Positions 15,063 to 28,817 of a stretch of DNA of 64,000 nt are shown here, in pieces (the first letter of the stretch is position 1; the number at the start of each line of letters is the position of its first letter). A program made the position numbers and the translations under genes. The DNA comes from the human T2T-CHM13v2.0 reference genome, Homo sapiens. The DNA lies in the NCBI RefSeq assembly GCF_009914755.1, contig NC_060929.1, one strand, 5' to 3'. The notes under the pieces are model-generated. The model was not told the origin of the DNA, searched no databases, and saw only the letters and a list, made by a program, of their open reading frames with translations.

Positions 15063-15179
15063 CCATCCTTCTCCTTAGGAAATGTTAAAAAGTAATCTAC
15101 GGAAGAAGATAATTTTTGGTTGTATTAAGTTCATAGAGATCAGATTGCTAGCAAAATATGTAGGTAGAAAGTTGAAGAA

Positions 15180-16580
15180 ATCAGTGATAAACATAGATGC
15201 AAAAATCCAACACAAAATTTTAGCAAAATAAATCCTTCAAAGTTTGAAAAAACATAGATTATGCTTACCTGGGTTTATTTCAGGAATTCAAGGATGTTTT
15301 AACATAGGAAGTTATATCATTAAAATTTACTCATTCTCACAATTTATATCTGAAAACCATATGTTCATCTTACACTTGATCTTAGCCAAAAGGCCAAGAA
15401 GCAATCAACCATATGTTCATTTTAACTGATGCAGAAAAGTATTTAATAAAATTCAACTGTCATTCATAAAAAGCCTCTTAATAATGGAGCATCAAATTAG
15501 ATAAAATGTAGCTAACAAAAACTTGCAGCAAATATCATAATTCATTGTAAAACTAGCAAAATTTGTATTAAATTTCAGAATAAGGCAAGAATGCCCATTA
15601 TCAATATTACAATTCAACACCATATTTAGAGGGCATAATCAGGGAAATATGACAAGAAAAAAAGTAGAAATACAAGGGTTAGTAAGGGAGAATTTAACTT
15701 CCAATATTCAGAGATGACATGATTATCATTTAGACTGTGTAAAGGCCAATAAATCAAGTTATTAATTGTTGAATGTATCAGATCACTGGATTTAAGATTA
15801 ATAAACAAAAAGTTCATTCCTCCATACTAGTTTCAAACAGAAAATGTAATTTTTAAAAGGTACTATTTATAATTGCCACAAAAAAATAAAAATGTGTAGG
15901 ACTAAATCTGACAAAACACATGTCTCCAGTTTATGGAATACGTTATGAAACTATTTAAATAAAGTAGAAAAGAAATTAATAAATCAAAAGAGAGTGATAA
16001 TATTATCATAGATAGCAATAATAGGATATCATTAAGATGTCAATTTCTTCACAGATTGACCTATAAATTTAATGTGATTCCAATCAAAATCCCAAAAACT
16101 TTTTTTGGAACTTGAAAAGGTAAGTATACAATATTTATGAATGAATAAAAGCTTAAGAGTAGCCAGAACAGAGTTAGTGATTGCCTTTCTAGATACCTAG
16201 GCATATTAGAAAGCTATAGGAATTAAGACACTCTAGTTTTTTTAAGCAGAGATAGGGCAAGAAAAAAAGGATGGAAAATATAGAAACAGATTTTTAAGTG
16301 TACAGAAACTCAAAATACAACAGAGATGACATTTCACATTAGTGGCAAGAGAAAACACTAATACATGGTGCTGAGAAAATTTGCTATCCATATGTAATTT
16401 TTAATAGTATATCTACTTAAAAACACGCATGGTCAAGATGAACAAAGACATAGCTAAAAGGAAAACTTCAAAAAAAAAACCTAAAATAAGTAGAAAAATA
16501 GGGCACAAGGTAGTATCCTTTTACCAAGAATGCATATATAAATAGACAAAGAAAATATTATAAAGTCTTCCATTTATCAA
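15180..16580 (+). mobile_element. Ancient L1M ORF2 remnant
   Basis: Degenerate ORF2 landmarks: 'aacatagatgcaaaaatcc', 'gggtttatttcaggaattcaaggatg', 'gatgcagaaaagtatttaataaaattcaac', 'tttaatgtgattccaatcaaaatccca'. Confidence 0.75.
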
Positions 16581-16594
16581 AAGATACTATTAAA

Positions 16595-17870
16595 TATATT
16601 TTTGGTCAACTGGTTTTTGATAAGAGTTCCATGACAATTCAATAGAGAAAAAAGTCTTTTCAATAAATGGTGTTCAGACACCTGGATATCCACATGCCAC
16701 AGAATTACCATAGACCCCTATGTTACATCTTACACAAAAATTACTCAAAATGGATCAAAGGTCAAAATGTAAGAGGTACAACTATAAAACTCTTAGAAGA
16801 AAACATAGGCATAAATCTTTGTGAATTAGACAATAGCTTCTTAGATATGAGAAAAAATAGATAAATTGGACATCAAAATGATGCTTCAAAAGGCATCATG
16901 AGGAAAATGGAAAAAGAACCCATAGAACGACATGAGAAAAAAATGGATATGGTAGGTATTGACTACCATATCCCCAGTAAGGAACTTTTAATGAAAATAT
17001 ATGATGAACACCTAAAACTCAATAGAAAGACAACAACCCAACTAAAAATTGGCCAAAATATTTGAACAAATTTTTCTCTAAAGGAGATATACAAATTGGC
17101 CAAAAAGCACATATAAATATGCTAAACAACATTAATAATTAGAGAGATTCAATTCAAAACCACTATGAGGTACAACTTTACACCCAGTAAGATGGTTATA
17201 ATAAAAAAGACAGAAAATAACAAGTGCTGGCAAGGATGTGGAGAAATTGCAATCCTCATACATGGCTGACACGGATGTCAAATGGTACAGCGACTTTGGA
17301 AAACATTTTTTTACAGTTTCTCAAAAAGTTAAACATAGAGTTACCATATAACCCAACAATTCCACTCCCAACTATACATCCAAGATAACTGAATACATAC
17401 ATTTACACAAAAATTTGTACATAATAGAATAAAAGTGGAAAGAACCCAAATTTGCATCATTTGGTAAGTGGATAAACAGATATAGTATATATATACAATG
17501 GAATATTATTTAGCCACACAAAAGAATTACGTACAAGTTCCAACGTGAACTTTAAAAACATTATGCTAAGTGAAAGAAAACAGACACAAAGGTCACATCT
17601 TGTGTAATTTCTTTTATATAAAATGTCCAGAACAGGCAAATCCAGAGACAAAGTAGATTAGCGGTTGTCAGGGGCTAAAGGAAGGGATTGCTGGAGAGTG
17701 GCTGCTAATGGTCTGAAGATTTTCTTCAGGGTGATAAAATTTTTCTGGAGATAAATAGTGGTGATGGTTGTATGACTTTGTTAATATATTAAAAACCACT
17801 AAATTGTACTCTACTTTTTATTTTTTAATTGACAGATAAAATTGTATTAAATTGTACACTTTAAAAGTGT
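16595..17870 (+). mobile_element. L1MB-type 3' fragment (ORF2 end plus 3' UTR)
   Basis: 'gtcttttcaataaatggtg', 'aagtgctggcaaggatgtggagaaatt', 'gagttaccatataacccaacaattccactcc', 'atagtggtgatggttgtatgactttg'. Confidence 0.85.
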
Positions 17871-18277
17871 ACTTTTTGGTGCAGTCAAACTGCACAGATG
17901 CAAATAGACATAGCGCAAATAGACATAGCAATCTCATTTTTGAGAACTTATTAATCTTCCAAAATAGTAACCGAAATAATGGTACTAGAAATTAATGATC
18001 TGTATGTGAGAATGCCTGAGTCAGCACTGTTCACATTATCAAAAAACAGGGAACCACCTTAAGAGTAAAATAATGGTCAAATAAGTATGGTGTGCCTATA
18101 CAAAGAAATGTCATGCTTTCTTTTAATTGAAAAAAATTATATTGTTCTTTCTATAATCAAACAGTATATATTTATAGTATAGAAATAGGAAATACGAATA
18201 AGATTTTTAAAGAAAAATTGTTAATTCCAGCCCTCAGAGACATAATTTTGGTGTATATCATCTCAAGTCTTTTATTC

Positions 18278-18400
18278 TGTATGTGTGTGTGTGTGTTTAT
18301 GTGTGTGTGTTTGCATGCCTGCATGCATATATGTGTGTATACACACACATATACTTGTTTTGTATATATACATATATCTGTATATAAACACACATACACT
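18278..18400. repeat. Imperfect (TG)n/(TA)n/(CA)n simple repeat
   Basis: Alternating purine-pyrimidine tract seen directly. Confidence 0.85.
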
Positions 18401-18459
18401 TGTTTTTCAACTAAAAAGGGATCACTCTTTTTAAAAAATAGCATTAAAATCTTGAAATA

Positions 18460-19530
18460 ATGAGACACAAATTAGGAGAAGGTACAGCCAACACATATAA
18501 CTAACAAATGATTAGTATCTATAAGTTTAAAAAAATGTTAGTGGTACATTTATGGAGTATGAATGCAATTTTGTTACATGTATCAACTGCATAGTTTTCC
18601 AGTCAGGACTTTTAGGGTATTGGTCACCTGAATAATGTACATTGTACACATTATTTCTCATCATTTTTATAAATTAATAAGAAAAATATATATACTACAA
18701 AGAAAAATGAGCAAAAAGTGTGAGTAACCAATTCACCTAAAAGGAAATATAAATAATTATTACATAAAAAATAATCAGTAAATAAAAAATAGGCTCATTC
18801 TATTATGGAATGTGGAAAGTACCACTTAGATCATCAGTGAAATCACATTTCACCCTAATCAGATTGAGGAAAAAAATCTGACAATATTAAGAGTTGGTAA
18901 GGATATAGAAAAGCAGCAACTCATTCAAAGCTAAAGGGGATATAAATCGGTACAATCAATTTGAAAAATAATTTGACAAAGTTGAAGATGGAAAAACTTA
19001 TCACTCAGCAATTCCACTTCTAATTATATATTCTAGAAAAAAATTTTGTGAATGATAAAGGGTACTAACCAAAGACTGCTAATGGCAGCATTTTTTACCA
19101 TACTGAAAAATTAAGATAGTGGATGTCAATATACAGGAGAAGAGATGAATGATGGTTCATTTATTCAATGTACCACAAATGAATAAACTGCAGTTACATA
19201 TAACAACATAGATGAATTTCAAATATTTATGTGAAGCAAGAGAAGCAATGAGCAGAAATATACATCCAATTCATACACATAAAACTTAAACCATATTTAT
19301 GATGTAAAATTTTAGAGAAGTGCATGGAAATTTCAAATACTAATTTAGAAGGGTGGTTCCTCAGAAAAATAGAGGTTGAGGTGGGTGGAATTGAGGGAAA
19401 ACTTTGTAGCTTTAATTGTTTAGATAATGCATTATTTCTTAAATTGTATGGTAGGAGTGCTGAGTATACTGATTTTTATTCATTTATGAATGTCTTAAAT
19501 ATTTCTAATTAAATGTTTTAAAGAAAATAA
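18460..19530 (+). mobile_element. L1ME-type 3' fragment, interrupted at ~18540-18665 by a short minus-strand L1MA/L1PB 3' end
   Basis: 'tctgacaatattaagagttggtaaggatatagaaaa', 'cagcaattccacttcta'; insert 'gtacatttatggagtatgaatgcaattttgttacatg'. Confidence 0.7.
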
Positions 19531-20982
19531 AATATATGGAAGTGGGTTCTTCTGGTGTTGATATAAATCTCAGATACGGATATTAGGAATCCTTAGCCAC
19601 ACCATTTTCTATGGTCTATATAAATATAATTTTAGAATAGAATTAAAATCTCTTAGCATTTGACTGCAGTATAATCAGATAGCAAGCTGGAAATTTTATT
19701 GTGTTGTTGTAAACAGGTTTTTATTGTTGTTGTAAACATAGCATCATGTCATGATCATTATTCAATATAATCACTGTTTTGTGCAGTTCTCCCTAGTTGA
19801 AAAATTTTTATTCAAATTCTTCAGTAGACTAAAGACATTTAGAGAAACACTACTAAGATTTTGAAGTTTCTAGTAAAAGTTACATATCGTATAAATAAAG
19901 AATAGAGATTAGAAGAACTTAGATATAATGGGCAGAGGATTTTGAACTGAACTATTTAGCTAATATCTGTCATTAACACAGTATTAATGAGAGAGGTCCC
20001 TAACACTCCCATGCCTTAAATGCGCAAACCGAGTCCATCTCTATTCAAGGTTCCATCCATCATTCTTGTTACCAAGTTCTCAAGTTTCTTTAGAAATACA
20101 GGAGTATTAGCACACTAAATTTCTCCACTGAAAAATGTAAAATAAATTATTTTTGCTTAACCTTTGAGTACATTTATGTGCATGATATAGTCAAGAACAC
20201 AGAATATCAGTATTCTGATATCAGAAGACAAAATCTTATGAAAGGACACAAAAAATAATTTAAAAAACAAGTTTCCAGTGAAAACAAGAGAGCTGAGCAG
20301 AAGGTTCCAGTTATCTCTTATTAGAGAAGATAAGTTCACAAACCATATTTATACATGGCCACTGGATTTTCTGAGTATCTTAATGAATTTTCAAAAAATA
20401 CTTTGTATTAGTCTGATGACATAAGACACTTGGGGGGATTATAGAAATTGACAAACATATACAGTGATTCCACTTATACTTAAAAATAAATCAATGCTTT
20501 TGGAAATCATGTCATCCATAGTCCTTTGGTGAGTCCTTAATTATCTTTTTTCTGCAAAAAATATTGCATAGAACCTAGGCTAAAATATGTCACACAGTTA
20601 AACTCAGAGTCAGCTGAATGGCAGAACAATGGCAGGGAACCTTTCCATTCAATCTGTTTATGAAAATTGTTCGTTGTGCCTGGAAGAGTTACATGGTGTG
20701 CCAAATCAGGCTTAAAGTACCGTTAGAATGTCTCTGCTAGTAGTATGCATAATTATTTTTTTCAATTGCCCAGCCTCTTCTCCAGGGACAGAAAGAGACA
20801 CATTTACATAACCCCTATTTTTCTGTCCACTCCCAGAACCGATATTATTTATGTGCAAATCAACTGAAAAGCATGACCTGCTTCACTAGGCTTTTGCTTT
20901 ACACACTCTTATTTTTCTTTAGACAAAATTTGGGTGAATTATGTCTTAGCAAAACTGAGTATTGAGTCTTTAAGAACATATA

Positions 20983-21042
20983 TACATGCACAGACACACA
21001 CACATACACACACACACACACACATATATACATAAACATATA
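20983..21042. repeat. Imperfect (CA)n microsatellite
   Basis: Seen directly. Confidence 0.85.
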
Positions 21043-22353
21043 CCTAAAGACATGAGGCTTTTCTAATTCCATTTCATCAAGTTTGCTGACATCAGGCTGA
21101 ACACTTAATTTAAAAATGGGGTAACAACCTTATACTGTTGTCAAAGATTTCTATACCATTCATAAAGTTATGTGGAAATATTTTTATTTTAATTTTCTTG
21201 GCAGCTGAATAAAGCATCACTCTTAAATTTAGTGTGAACTTTATACCTCATTACTCTTACTTCAATTTAATTGTTGTACAATAATGAGTAAATGACTCAT
21301 GTGCTCAATATTTCAAGCAAATGCAACCATTTTTGAATCTCACAAAGAACTACCTTATTGGTTATTGACATTAAGCACTCATGACAACTCATTAGGAAAA
21401 GATATATACCCAAGAAAGCCCTACAACATTAGTGACTCAGGGCCCTGATCCACTTGAAATTTTAAAGTAACTAGTTTTAATTTTTCCTGCAGTAGTAACA
21501 TCACAGATTATTGTTGTTGTTTCCATTTTTGACCCTTATCATAATGTGCCACCAAGCATTTTTCCCCAAATTCATTTTTTCTACATAAGCAAATTAAAGT
21601 GGAAAACTGAGATAATTATCCAAGTCATTCAAGCCAAAAATTGCTTTTGCATAAAATATATACAAATACCAAAATAATGGACTCTAGATCTGTAATTATG
21701 AATCATCTAGCTATTAGAGGCCAGACTGCCTCATATGGGTCATGTCTCTCTCACCTTTTTCATTGAAATAATCATTTACTAACCGGAGGGGCTTTGCTCT
21801 AAATCAATTGATCCATGTCCCAGGTTTCAAGCTAGAGCATACACAAAAAAGTTATTAAATGCAGAGGTCAAAGAGACTAGTTGAATTAGTAAATTGATAA
21901 ACAGATTTTAGCATTAATTATCCTGACAGTCTACACATAGAGGCCTGGGAGCTCATGGGCACATTGACACTGTCAGTTCATACCCTGAATTTTTTTCTTT
22001 CACTCACAAGAGAGCATTAATTTTAAAAATAAGTAAATTAATTAAAAGATGCAATCACACTAAAAAAGATGATAAGGATTCATGCACCAAAAACAGGTTC
22101 AGAAGTAGAAGCTGAATCTATCAGCCTGCTCAGTTTCAAGTAGAGAAACAAGGAGATGCATCGTTAAGCTGGGATGCTGGCCAGAGAAGGATGCTGACAG
22201 ACCGATCCATTGCCTGAGGCTACACTTCAATAAAGCTGTGAACTTCCAGAGGTTGGAAGACCAAAGGACTTCCAGTCAGGACCTGGGCTGTGCTGCTCAC
22301 TAGCTTCGTGTTGGGGTGGGGGTCAACATCCCAGGGCAGGGAAAACCACCAGC

Positions 22354-22573
22354 TCTATGCCACTGTAGGATGACTGTAGTTAGCAATTATATCTTATATA
22401 GTTTCAAAAACTAGAAGGAGGATATTGAACATTCCCAGAACAAAGAAATTATAAATGTTTGAAATGATGGTATGGTAATTACCCTGATCTGATCACTATA
22501 CATTTTATGTATTGAAACATCACTATGTACTCCAGGAATATGTAAAGTTCTTATTTGTTCATTAAAAAAAAAA
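22354..22573 (+). mobile_element. L1MA 3' terminal fragment with A tail
   Basis: 'ctagaaggaggatattgaacattccc...aattaccctgatctgatcactatacatt...aaacatcactatgtac' followed by poly(A). Confidence 0.85.
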
Positions 22574-22849
22574 CATTTTTTAAAAAGCAGCATGTGTAGT
22601 AATAAGTATAGAGAGGAAGGCAAGGCAGGCAGGCAGGATGATTGCTCAAGATAAATTTAGGAAGGATCATTCCAAAGCCCCTAAGAATCAGTACTATGAA
22701 AGAGAGAAGCATCATTAATAGTTGAGAGACTCATTCACTACCAATAAAATAATTTTTTAAAAACCAAAATTAATATCATAAAAGCATTTGAGCTCCTTAT
22801 AAAAATAGTTCTAGCTTTAAAAAGTAAAAAACTGTTTAGACCAAAATAG

Positions 22850-23225
22850 AAACAAATCAAGAAGAGATAAATTTAAAAATAGAACCAATTAAAAATGTAA
22901 GAGAAAAGATATTTACTACATTTTTAAACCTCCATATTAATACAAACAAATAGAAATTCAATGAATTAGAAGACAGGACTAACCAATCCACTCAGAACAG
23001 AGCAGTAGATTGATATGGTCTCCCAAATGGGAATGGAAAATAAACTGAATTTGAAAAGATAATAGCCGAGGAAATTCCAGGATTTGAAATACAAAAAAAG
23101 TACCCAAAAATAGTTCCAACCTAGACACAGTACAGTGAAATGGCAGAACAATTAGGATAAAGGGAAATCTTAGCAGCTCAACAAGAAAAGACATAATTTT
23201 TAAAAGAATGAAAATTAACATACAC
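22850..23225 (+). mobile_element. Ancient L1/HAL1 ORF1-region remnant
   Basis: 'atttgaaaagataatagccgaggaaattccaggatttg', 'cctagacacagtacagtgaaatggcagaac', 'gaaatcttagcagc' resemble ORF1 motifs. Confidence 0.55.
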
Positions 23226-23762
23226 CTTACTTGAACAAGTATTTAGATAGTTAAATATCCCTTTCAGTTTTTCTGGTTAAATTTTACACATCCTACAGAC
23301 AATTGTATATGTTAATAAAGCTAGTTTTGTTTTTATTTTATAGCCAATAAACATGAATAGGAATAGCATTGGTATGTTTATAGAAATTAATAACCTGAAA
23401 TCAAGATGTCAGCTGGGGAAAAAATTAATAATGAACATTTTACAACAGCTATAATAAGTTGGTGTTGAATAAAGAATGTTAAATACTTTTCATCAGGGTT
23501 AGTAATATTTTAAATCTGTACCTGGCCTCTATGGTCATTAGAAACTCAAAATATAACAGCCTATAAGGTACAGCAGTCTGCAGATGAGGTACAGCAGTCT
23601 GCAGCTTCTGTGATATAAAATTAATAATACTTTTGTTATCTGTGAGCCAGTGCTTTACTAATACAAGCCCAGCCATGGACTGTACTACAGTCTAGTAACA
23701 GTGTAGTAAGAAATGAGAAAACATTTACAATCAAAGCCTGAATATTCAGATGTGTATAATTT

Positions 23763-24099
23763 ATTATTATTATTATTTTATTATTATACTTTAAGTTCTA
23801 GGGTATATGTGCACAACATGCAGGTTTGTTACATATGTATACATGTGCCATGTTGGTGTGCTGCACCCACTAACTCGTCATTTACATTAGGTATATCTCC
23901 TAATGCTACCCCTCCCTCCTCCCCCCACCCCACGACAGGCCCCAGTGTGTGATGTTCCCCACCCTGTGTCCAAGTGTTCTCACTGTTCAGTTCCCACCTA
24001 TGAGTAAGAACATGCACTGTTTGGTTTTCTGTCCTTGCAATAGTTTGCTCAGAATGATGGTTTTCAGCTTCATTCATGTCCCTACAAATGACATGAACT
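23763..24099 (-). mobile_element. 5'-truncated L1PA (PA4/5-like) 3' end, ~337 bp
   Basis: 'ttattatactttaagttctagggta..tgtgcacaac' primate L1 terminus. Perfect 15-bp TSD AGATGTGTATAATTT at 23748-23762 and 24100-24114. Confidence 0.95.
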
Positions 24100-24345
24100 A
24101 GATGTGTATAATTTTTATATTAAAACATTTTCTGTTTTAAGGTTTCTTTTGAAAAAACATATATTTCTTATCCAGTTCTAGACCCTGTAACCATGAACAA
24201 CCATATTCTTTGATGGATAATAAATGCTTCATAATTTTTCCCTAGGATAGGATAACGATGATTAAATTTCCCTTTTTGAAAAAAACACTATGCACCAAAT
24301 AGGTAATAGTTTCTTAATACGATTAATTATTAAAGTAACTTTATT

Positions 24346-24520
24346 GGGGAGAAGAAAGAGGATTTATTGTTTCATGGGTACGAAGTTTCAGTTTGGAATG
24401 ATGAAAGAAGTTCTGGAGATGGTTAATGGTGATGGTTGTAGAACAATGTGAACGTCCCTAAAACGTACACTTAAAATAGTTAAAATGGCAAATTTTATGC
24501 TATGTGTATTACAACAAAAT
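24346..24520 (+). mobile_element. L1MB 3' terminal fragment
   Basis: 'tgggtacgaagtttcagtttggaatgatgaaagaagttctggagatgg...acacttaaaatagttaaaatggcaaattttatg'. Confidence 0.8.
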
Positions 24521-25542
24521 TAATATGCATATTTTTTAAATAATTTTAAACTTTAGGTTAAAAAGTAATTTTATAAACTTTTTAAAGCATAAGGAAATTT
24601 GTGGTCTCTATTGTATTCAAAGAAATGACTGTTCATCCTCATGCATAAAATTTAGGATGAGACACTGTCTTACAATTTCCTGCTTTCTGACTGTCCTGAT
24701 CGATGTTTTCAGTCATGCCACTTTTTCACAGTCTGCGTGGCACTTCTCCAACAGGAAATTTACCTCAGATCAGTTCATGTCACCAATCCTCCTGTAGCTC
24801 TAGCTTCTCTGCTCCAAGTTAAACTGAAAACTGCCCTGTCATTTCTTTTAACCTTTGAGTTTGAGGCAGTTCTGAGAACTTCTCTCACAGCAATTGCTTG
24901 TTCCTCCTGGGCACCATACTATAACTAGGCTTAATCATAGAATTCTAGGGTTGAGGAACCTTGAAAAGCACTGTGACCTCTCCAACACTGGCCGCAACCA
25001 CTCACAAACCATCCTCACACACTGTAGAGGTTGTGTTGCCTTTTAAAGCTCCCTCTCAGAATTCTATGCTTTAGGATTTTCTCCTAAAAACACCAACTGC
25101 AAATCTAAATCTGTCAACCTTTGTGCTAAGGTACACTTCCCTTTGCTCTTGCTAAAGTGGGATAGGGGAGAAAATTGATCACTTTCTATACTAACATTTT
25201 ATGTCCATTTTTTGAAGGCCATTACTAAATCAAAGTCAGATCTCAGCTGTCTCCTTCAGAGCAAAATAGCCCTTATTCCCGAAACTTCCCCATATAAGGT
25301 TAGATTTCCATTCTTTTAATAACGTTTGTGACCATTTTTTTATTCTCTGTTAAGCTCCTTACATTTCCCTTGAGTTATGGAAGGCAGAATACTCAAATAA
25401 GGTATTTTATTAACTTTTGCAAATTTTTACATTCGAGAACCATGCTATCTTTTTAGGAGAGATTCTGCTAGACAGCTTAAAATTCAGTGTGTCTCTAATA
25501 TCACCACTACTATATTTATTGTAAATATTTACATTTGTCAGT

Positions 25543-25975
25543 TAGTATAGTTTGATTTGTTTTACCCCTCCAAATCTCATGTTGAAAATTGATTCCTGGG
25601 GTTGGAGGAAAGGCATAATGGGAGGTGTTCTCGTCAGGGGGGCAGATCTCTCATGAATGAATGCGTTGGTGCCATCCTTACAGTGATGAGTGAGTGCTCT
25701 CTCTAGTAGTTTCCATGACAGCTGGTGGTTACGAGGAGCCAGGCACGTCTCTCCTCTTTCTCTTTCTCTTGCTTCTTCTCCCATCATGTGATCTGGACAT
25801 GCCTGCTCCTCTTAGCCTTCTACCACGAGTGGAAGCAGCCAGGGGCCCTCACCAGAAGCAGATGCTGCTGCTAGGCATCTTGTACAGCCTGCAGAACTGT
25901 GAGCCATATAAGCCTTTTTCTATAAATTACCCAGCTTCAAGTATTCCTTTACAGCAACACAAATGGACTAAGACA
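25543..25975 (+). mobile_element. MaLR solo LTR (MSTB-like)
   Basis: 'cccctccaaatctcatgttgaaa'...'cagcctgcagaactgtgagcc'...'aatggactaagaca'. 5-bp TSD TCAGT/ACAGT. Confidence 0.88.
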
Positions 25976-27120
25976 ACAGTCATTTCTCCTATTTGTATTA
26001 ATTATATTCAGCCTATTCTCCCTGAGTTTACCTTTAAGAATCATCTTTTTCCAGCTGATACCAACTAACATAAATATAACATTGATCTCAAATAAGCTGT
26101 TATCAGTAACAATTACTAAACCCACATCCATGTCAGGATAGCTTTTTTAAAAAGAAAAATGCTGATCTATTTTAATATCTTCATTAACTATAACTTTCAA
26201 GAGTAACACACTTCCAGTAATTATCCAAAATAACAGATACTCTCAATATATGTTTTTCTGTGTGTCAACTTGCTATTCATATTTTAAAAATCAGGTTACT
26301 AAGTAAAGACAGTTTGAGTATGTATTATACATAAACACATTTCACTACAATAGTTCAACATCTATTGTATTATCTCCTTTACTTCCTTAAGAGGAAAAAG
26401 TTATGCAGGCATCAAAACTCCCCATTATGCAGGTATCAAAACTCCCCATTATGCAGGTAGTGTGAAATTCACCCTATACTTCCATCAAATTATAGAGGAT
26501 CAGTCATGTGCACCTAGGAGTAGGAATGGTTTGCTGAGGCATTCAGGCCCAGCAAAGGAGGGCAAAGCATGATGATCATCATAACAGTGAAAATTTTAAT
26601 AGTAGAAATGCTTCAAAAATTAGTGTTTTACAGCAGGCACAACCTGCAACTCCAAACCTGCAGCTTACACATAATCTCTGACCTGTTCTGGGCTCCAGAC
26701 ATCCTCAGTTAGGAACAGCACACACTCAGTGCCAAGCAAGACCAACAAGATTCCTAGGCTATGATGAATACAAAGAAAGGAGGGAACAGGGCACCCTTGC
26801 CATGGCAAACCTGTTCTGCCCAGTCCCCCAAGGTGATGAAATGTGTGACTGTCACAAGACTCAGTAATACTGTTATAATTGGGATGTACAGGGAATAGAT
26901 GCCAGCTGCAGAAACAGTATGTACTTTGACAAGGAGTGTGTTGGAAACGACTGCCAGCCTGTGCCTGCTGCCAACTCCACTCAGCTACAAATAGAAATGA
27001 CGACGCACAGTGGGCCACAGCTCTCATAGTAGCCTTTACCAACCACTGCTTCAGGACCAAGCAGGATCTAGAATTTGAAGTGGTCACGGCAGTCTTCAAA
27101 TTAGTTACACATCGCAGAGT

Positions 27121-27300
27121 GGCACTATTCAAAGGGTAGCCACAGTACAACTGCACTGGCATCAACAGAAAAGCCTGTTGAAAAATGCAGCTTCATCCCC
27201 GACCCAGACCTATTGAATCAGAATCTCTAAGGGTGACGCCCAGGAATCTGTAGGTTTAAATTTCTCCTGGTGTTTCTTATGAATATAGGTTTGAGAGCTA
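27121..27300. mobile_element. MER5-type hAT-Charlie fossil
   Basis: 'cccagacctattgaatcagaatctct...cccaggaatctg...tttgagagc'. Confidence 0.75.
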
Positions 27301-27624
27301 AGGTCAAGCAAGCCAAATAGGAGATACCAAAAGCACAAATCATAAAACTATGTAAAGTAAGGAAAAATAATATCATCTTACATTTTTATCATGCTTTGCA
27401 ATTTACCAAGTGCTCCTATATGTAACCTCATTTCTACACAACTATATTTTACAGAAAATACAATTCCTAGGAGATCTGAGTTAGAAATATACTTTAAAAT
27501 ATATATATATATATCAGGAATAGAGCAAAGGTATTTTAATGATGTCTAGAGCTCTTTCCACTCCATTGTTATGACTCATAGTCATAATCATTATGATAAC
27601 ATGAATAACAACAAAAGGAATAAA

Positions 27625-27860
27625 AATGATAGCAGCCCTTCCTATGTGCCAGACATTGTACTAAGAGTTTATATTTGTTACCACTTTTAATCTCTGTAAC
27701 AACACATGAGATATTATACTTCCAGTTTTACAACTGAGGAAATTAAGACTCCAGAAAATTAGATTGCCTAAGATCATAGAGCAAGTAATTATGGGTGCCT
27801 AGATCCAAACATGTTCTGCCTGACTCTAAAGCATGTACATAACCTCTCTGTTCTACAGCC
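27625..27860 (-). mobile_element. MIR SINE
   Basis: 'cctatgtgccagacattgtactaag', core 'ttttacaactgaggaaattaagactc', 'ttgcctaagatcata'. Confidence 0.75.
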
Positions 27861-28384
27861 TCCTTAGTGTGATTCACTCAAGCAAAGTTACAGCATTGTT
27901 CAAAGATTAAATGTGGCCTCACTTTCTCACGATAACCAGCATGGTCAGATGATGAAGTAAATGAATTTCTCAATGACTCCTTCACCACTGGTTCCTCATA
28001 TGTTCTTTCACCATCAGTGTATTGAATGCCCATTCAGTGCCATATATTGTGCTTGGTGATGGGAAGACAAGGATGAGTAAGATGAAGTTGCAGTTTCTGC
28101 CCTCATGAAATTTACACTGTGGTATAAATCTAGGGTTACATCATTTTACACCAGGTCATATTTACCCTGGCCAGCACCGTGATCCAGAGATTTCCCCATT
28201 TCCCTGTCTTAATAAATATCATGATTCTCCTATTTTCTTGGCCTTGGCCAACCTCTCTACTGGTGAATTTCAGAAAATCGGATCCTTACGTTGCTAATAG
28301 CTCCTAGTGGAATCAGGTGCTACTTCTGCAATGGACTGAGATAATTACATCAGTCAGGACGTTGTCCACAGCATTTTGTTTGGG

Positions 28385-28565
28385 CTTGGCTCAGATATCC
28401 ACTCTGTAGTAGTGTGACCTTGGAAAAGTTATTTAACCTCTTTGTAAAATAGAGATGGTAAAATGGAACTATCTCCTAAAGTTGTTATGAGAATCAAGTG
28501 AGCTAATTGAAAGGGAACACTTAGCCTAGTGCCTGCCACAGTATAGGCATGAAAAACTATTATAA
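28385..28565 (+). mobile_element. MIR SINE
   Basis: 'tgtgaccttggaaaagttatttaacctct...gttgttatgagaatcaagtgag...acttagcctagtgcctg'. Confidence 0.75.
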
Positions 28566-28817
28566 TTACTTGAAAAGCATTCTTGGTAATACTTAGCAAA
28601 ACAACTTTGTACTAGGCTTGTTTGGAGCAACCATTGAGTTGTGCCAAAAATTAGACTTTGCCTTGGATTATGATTATCCAAATACTTCTCTTAATATCTC
28701 CTCTATGTGGTAAGAACTTGAAGTCAGCAAAATCATTAATTTCTGTACCTTCCCCCCACCCCACAGAACCTAGTATTCTGTAAATTATCTATTAATTTAC
28801 ATGTTTAAAAGTTTCTT

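Noticed and set aside
26665-27165. 166-aa minus-strand ORF
   Set aside because: No recognisable domain, random-like composition, and it begins inside a MER5 fossil.
27569-27587. 8-bp inverted repeat TTATGACT-CAT-AGTCATAA
   Set aside because: Short enough to occur by chance in 64 kb of AT-rich DNA.
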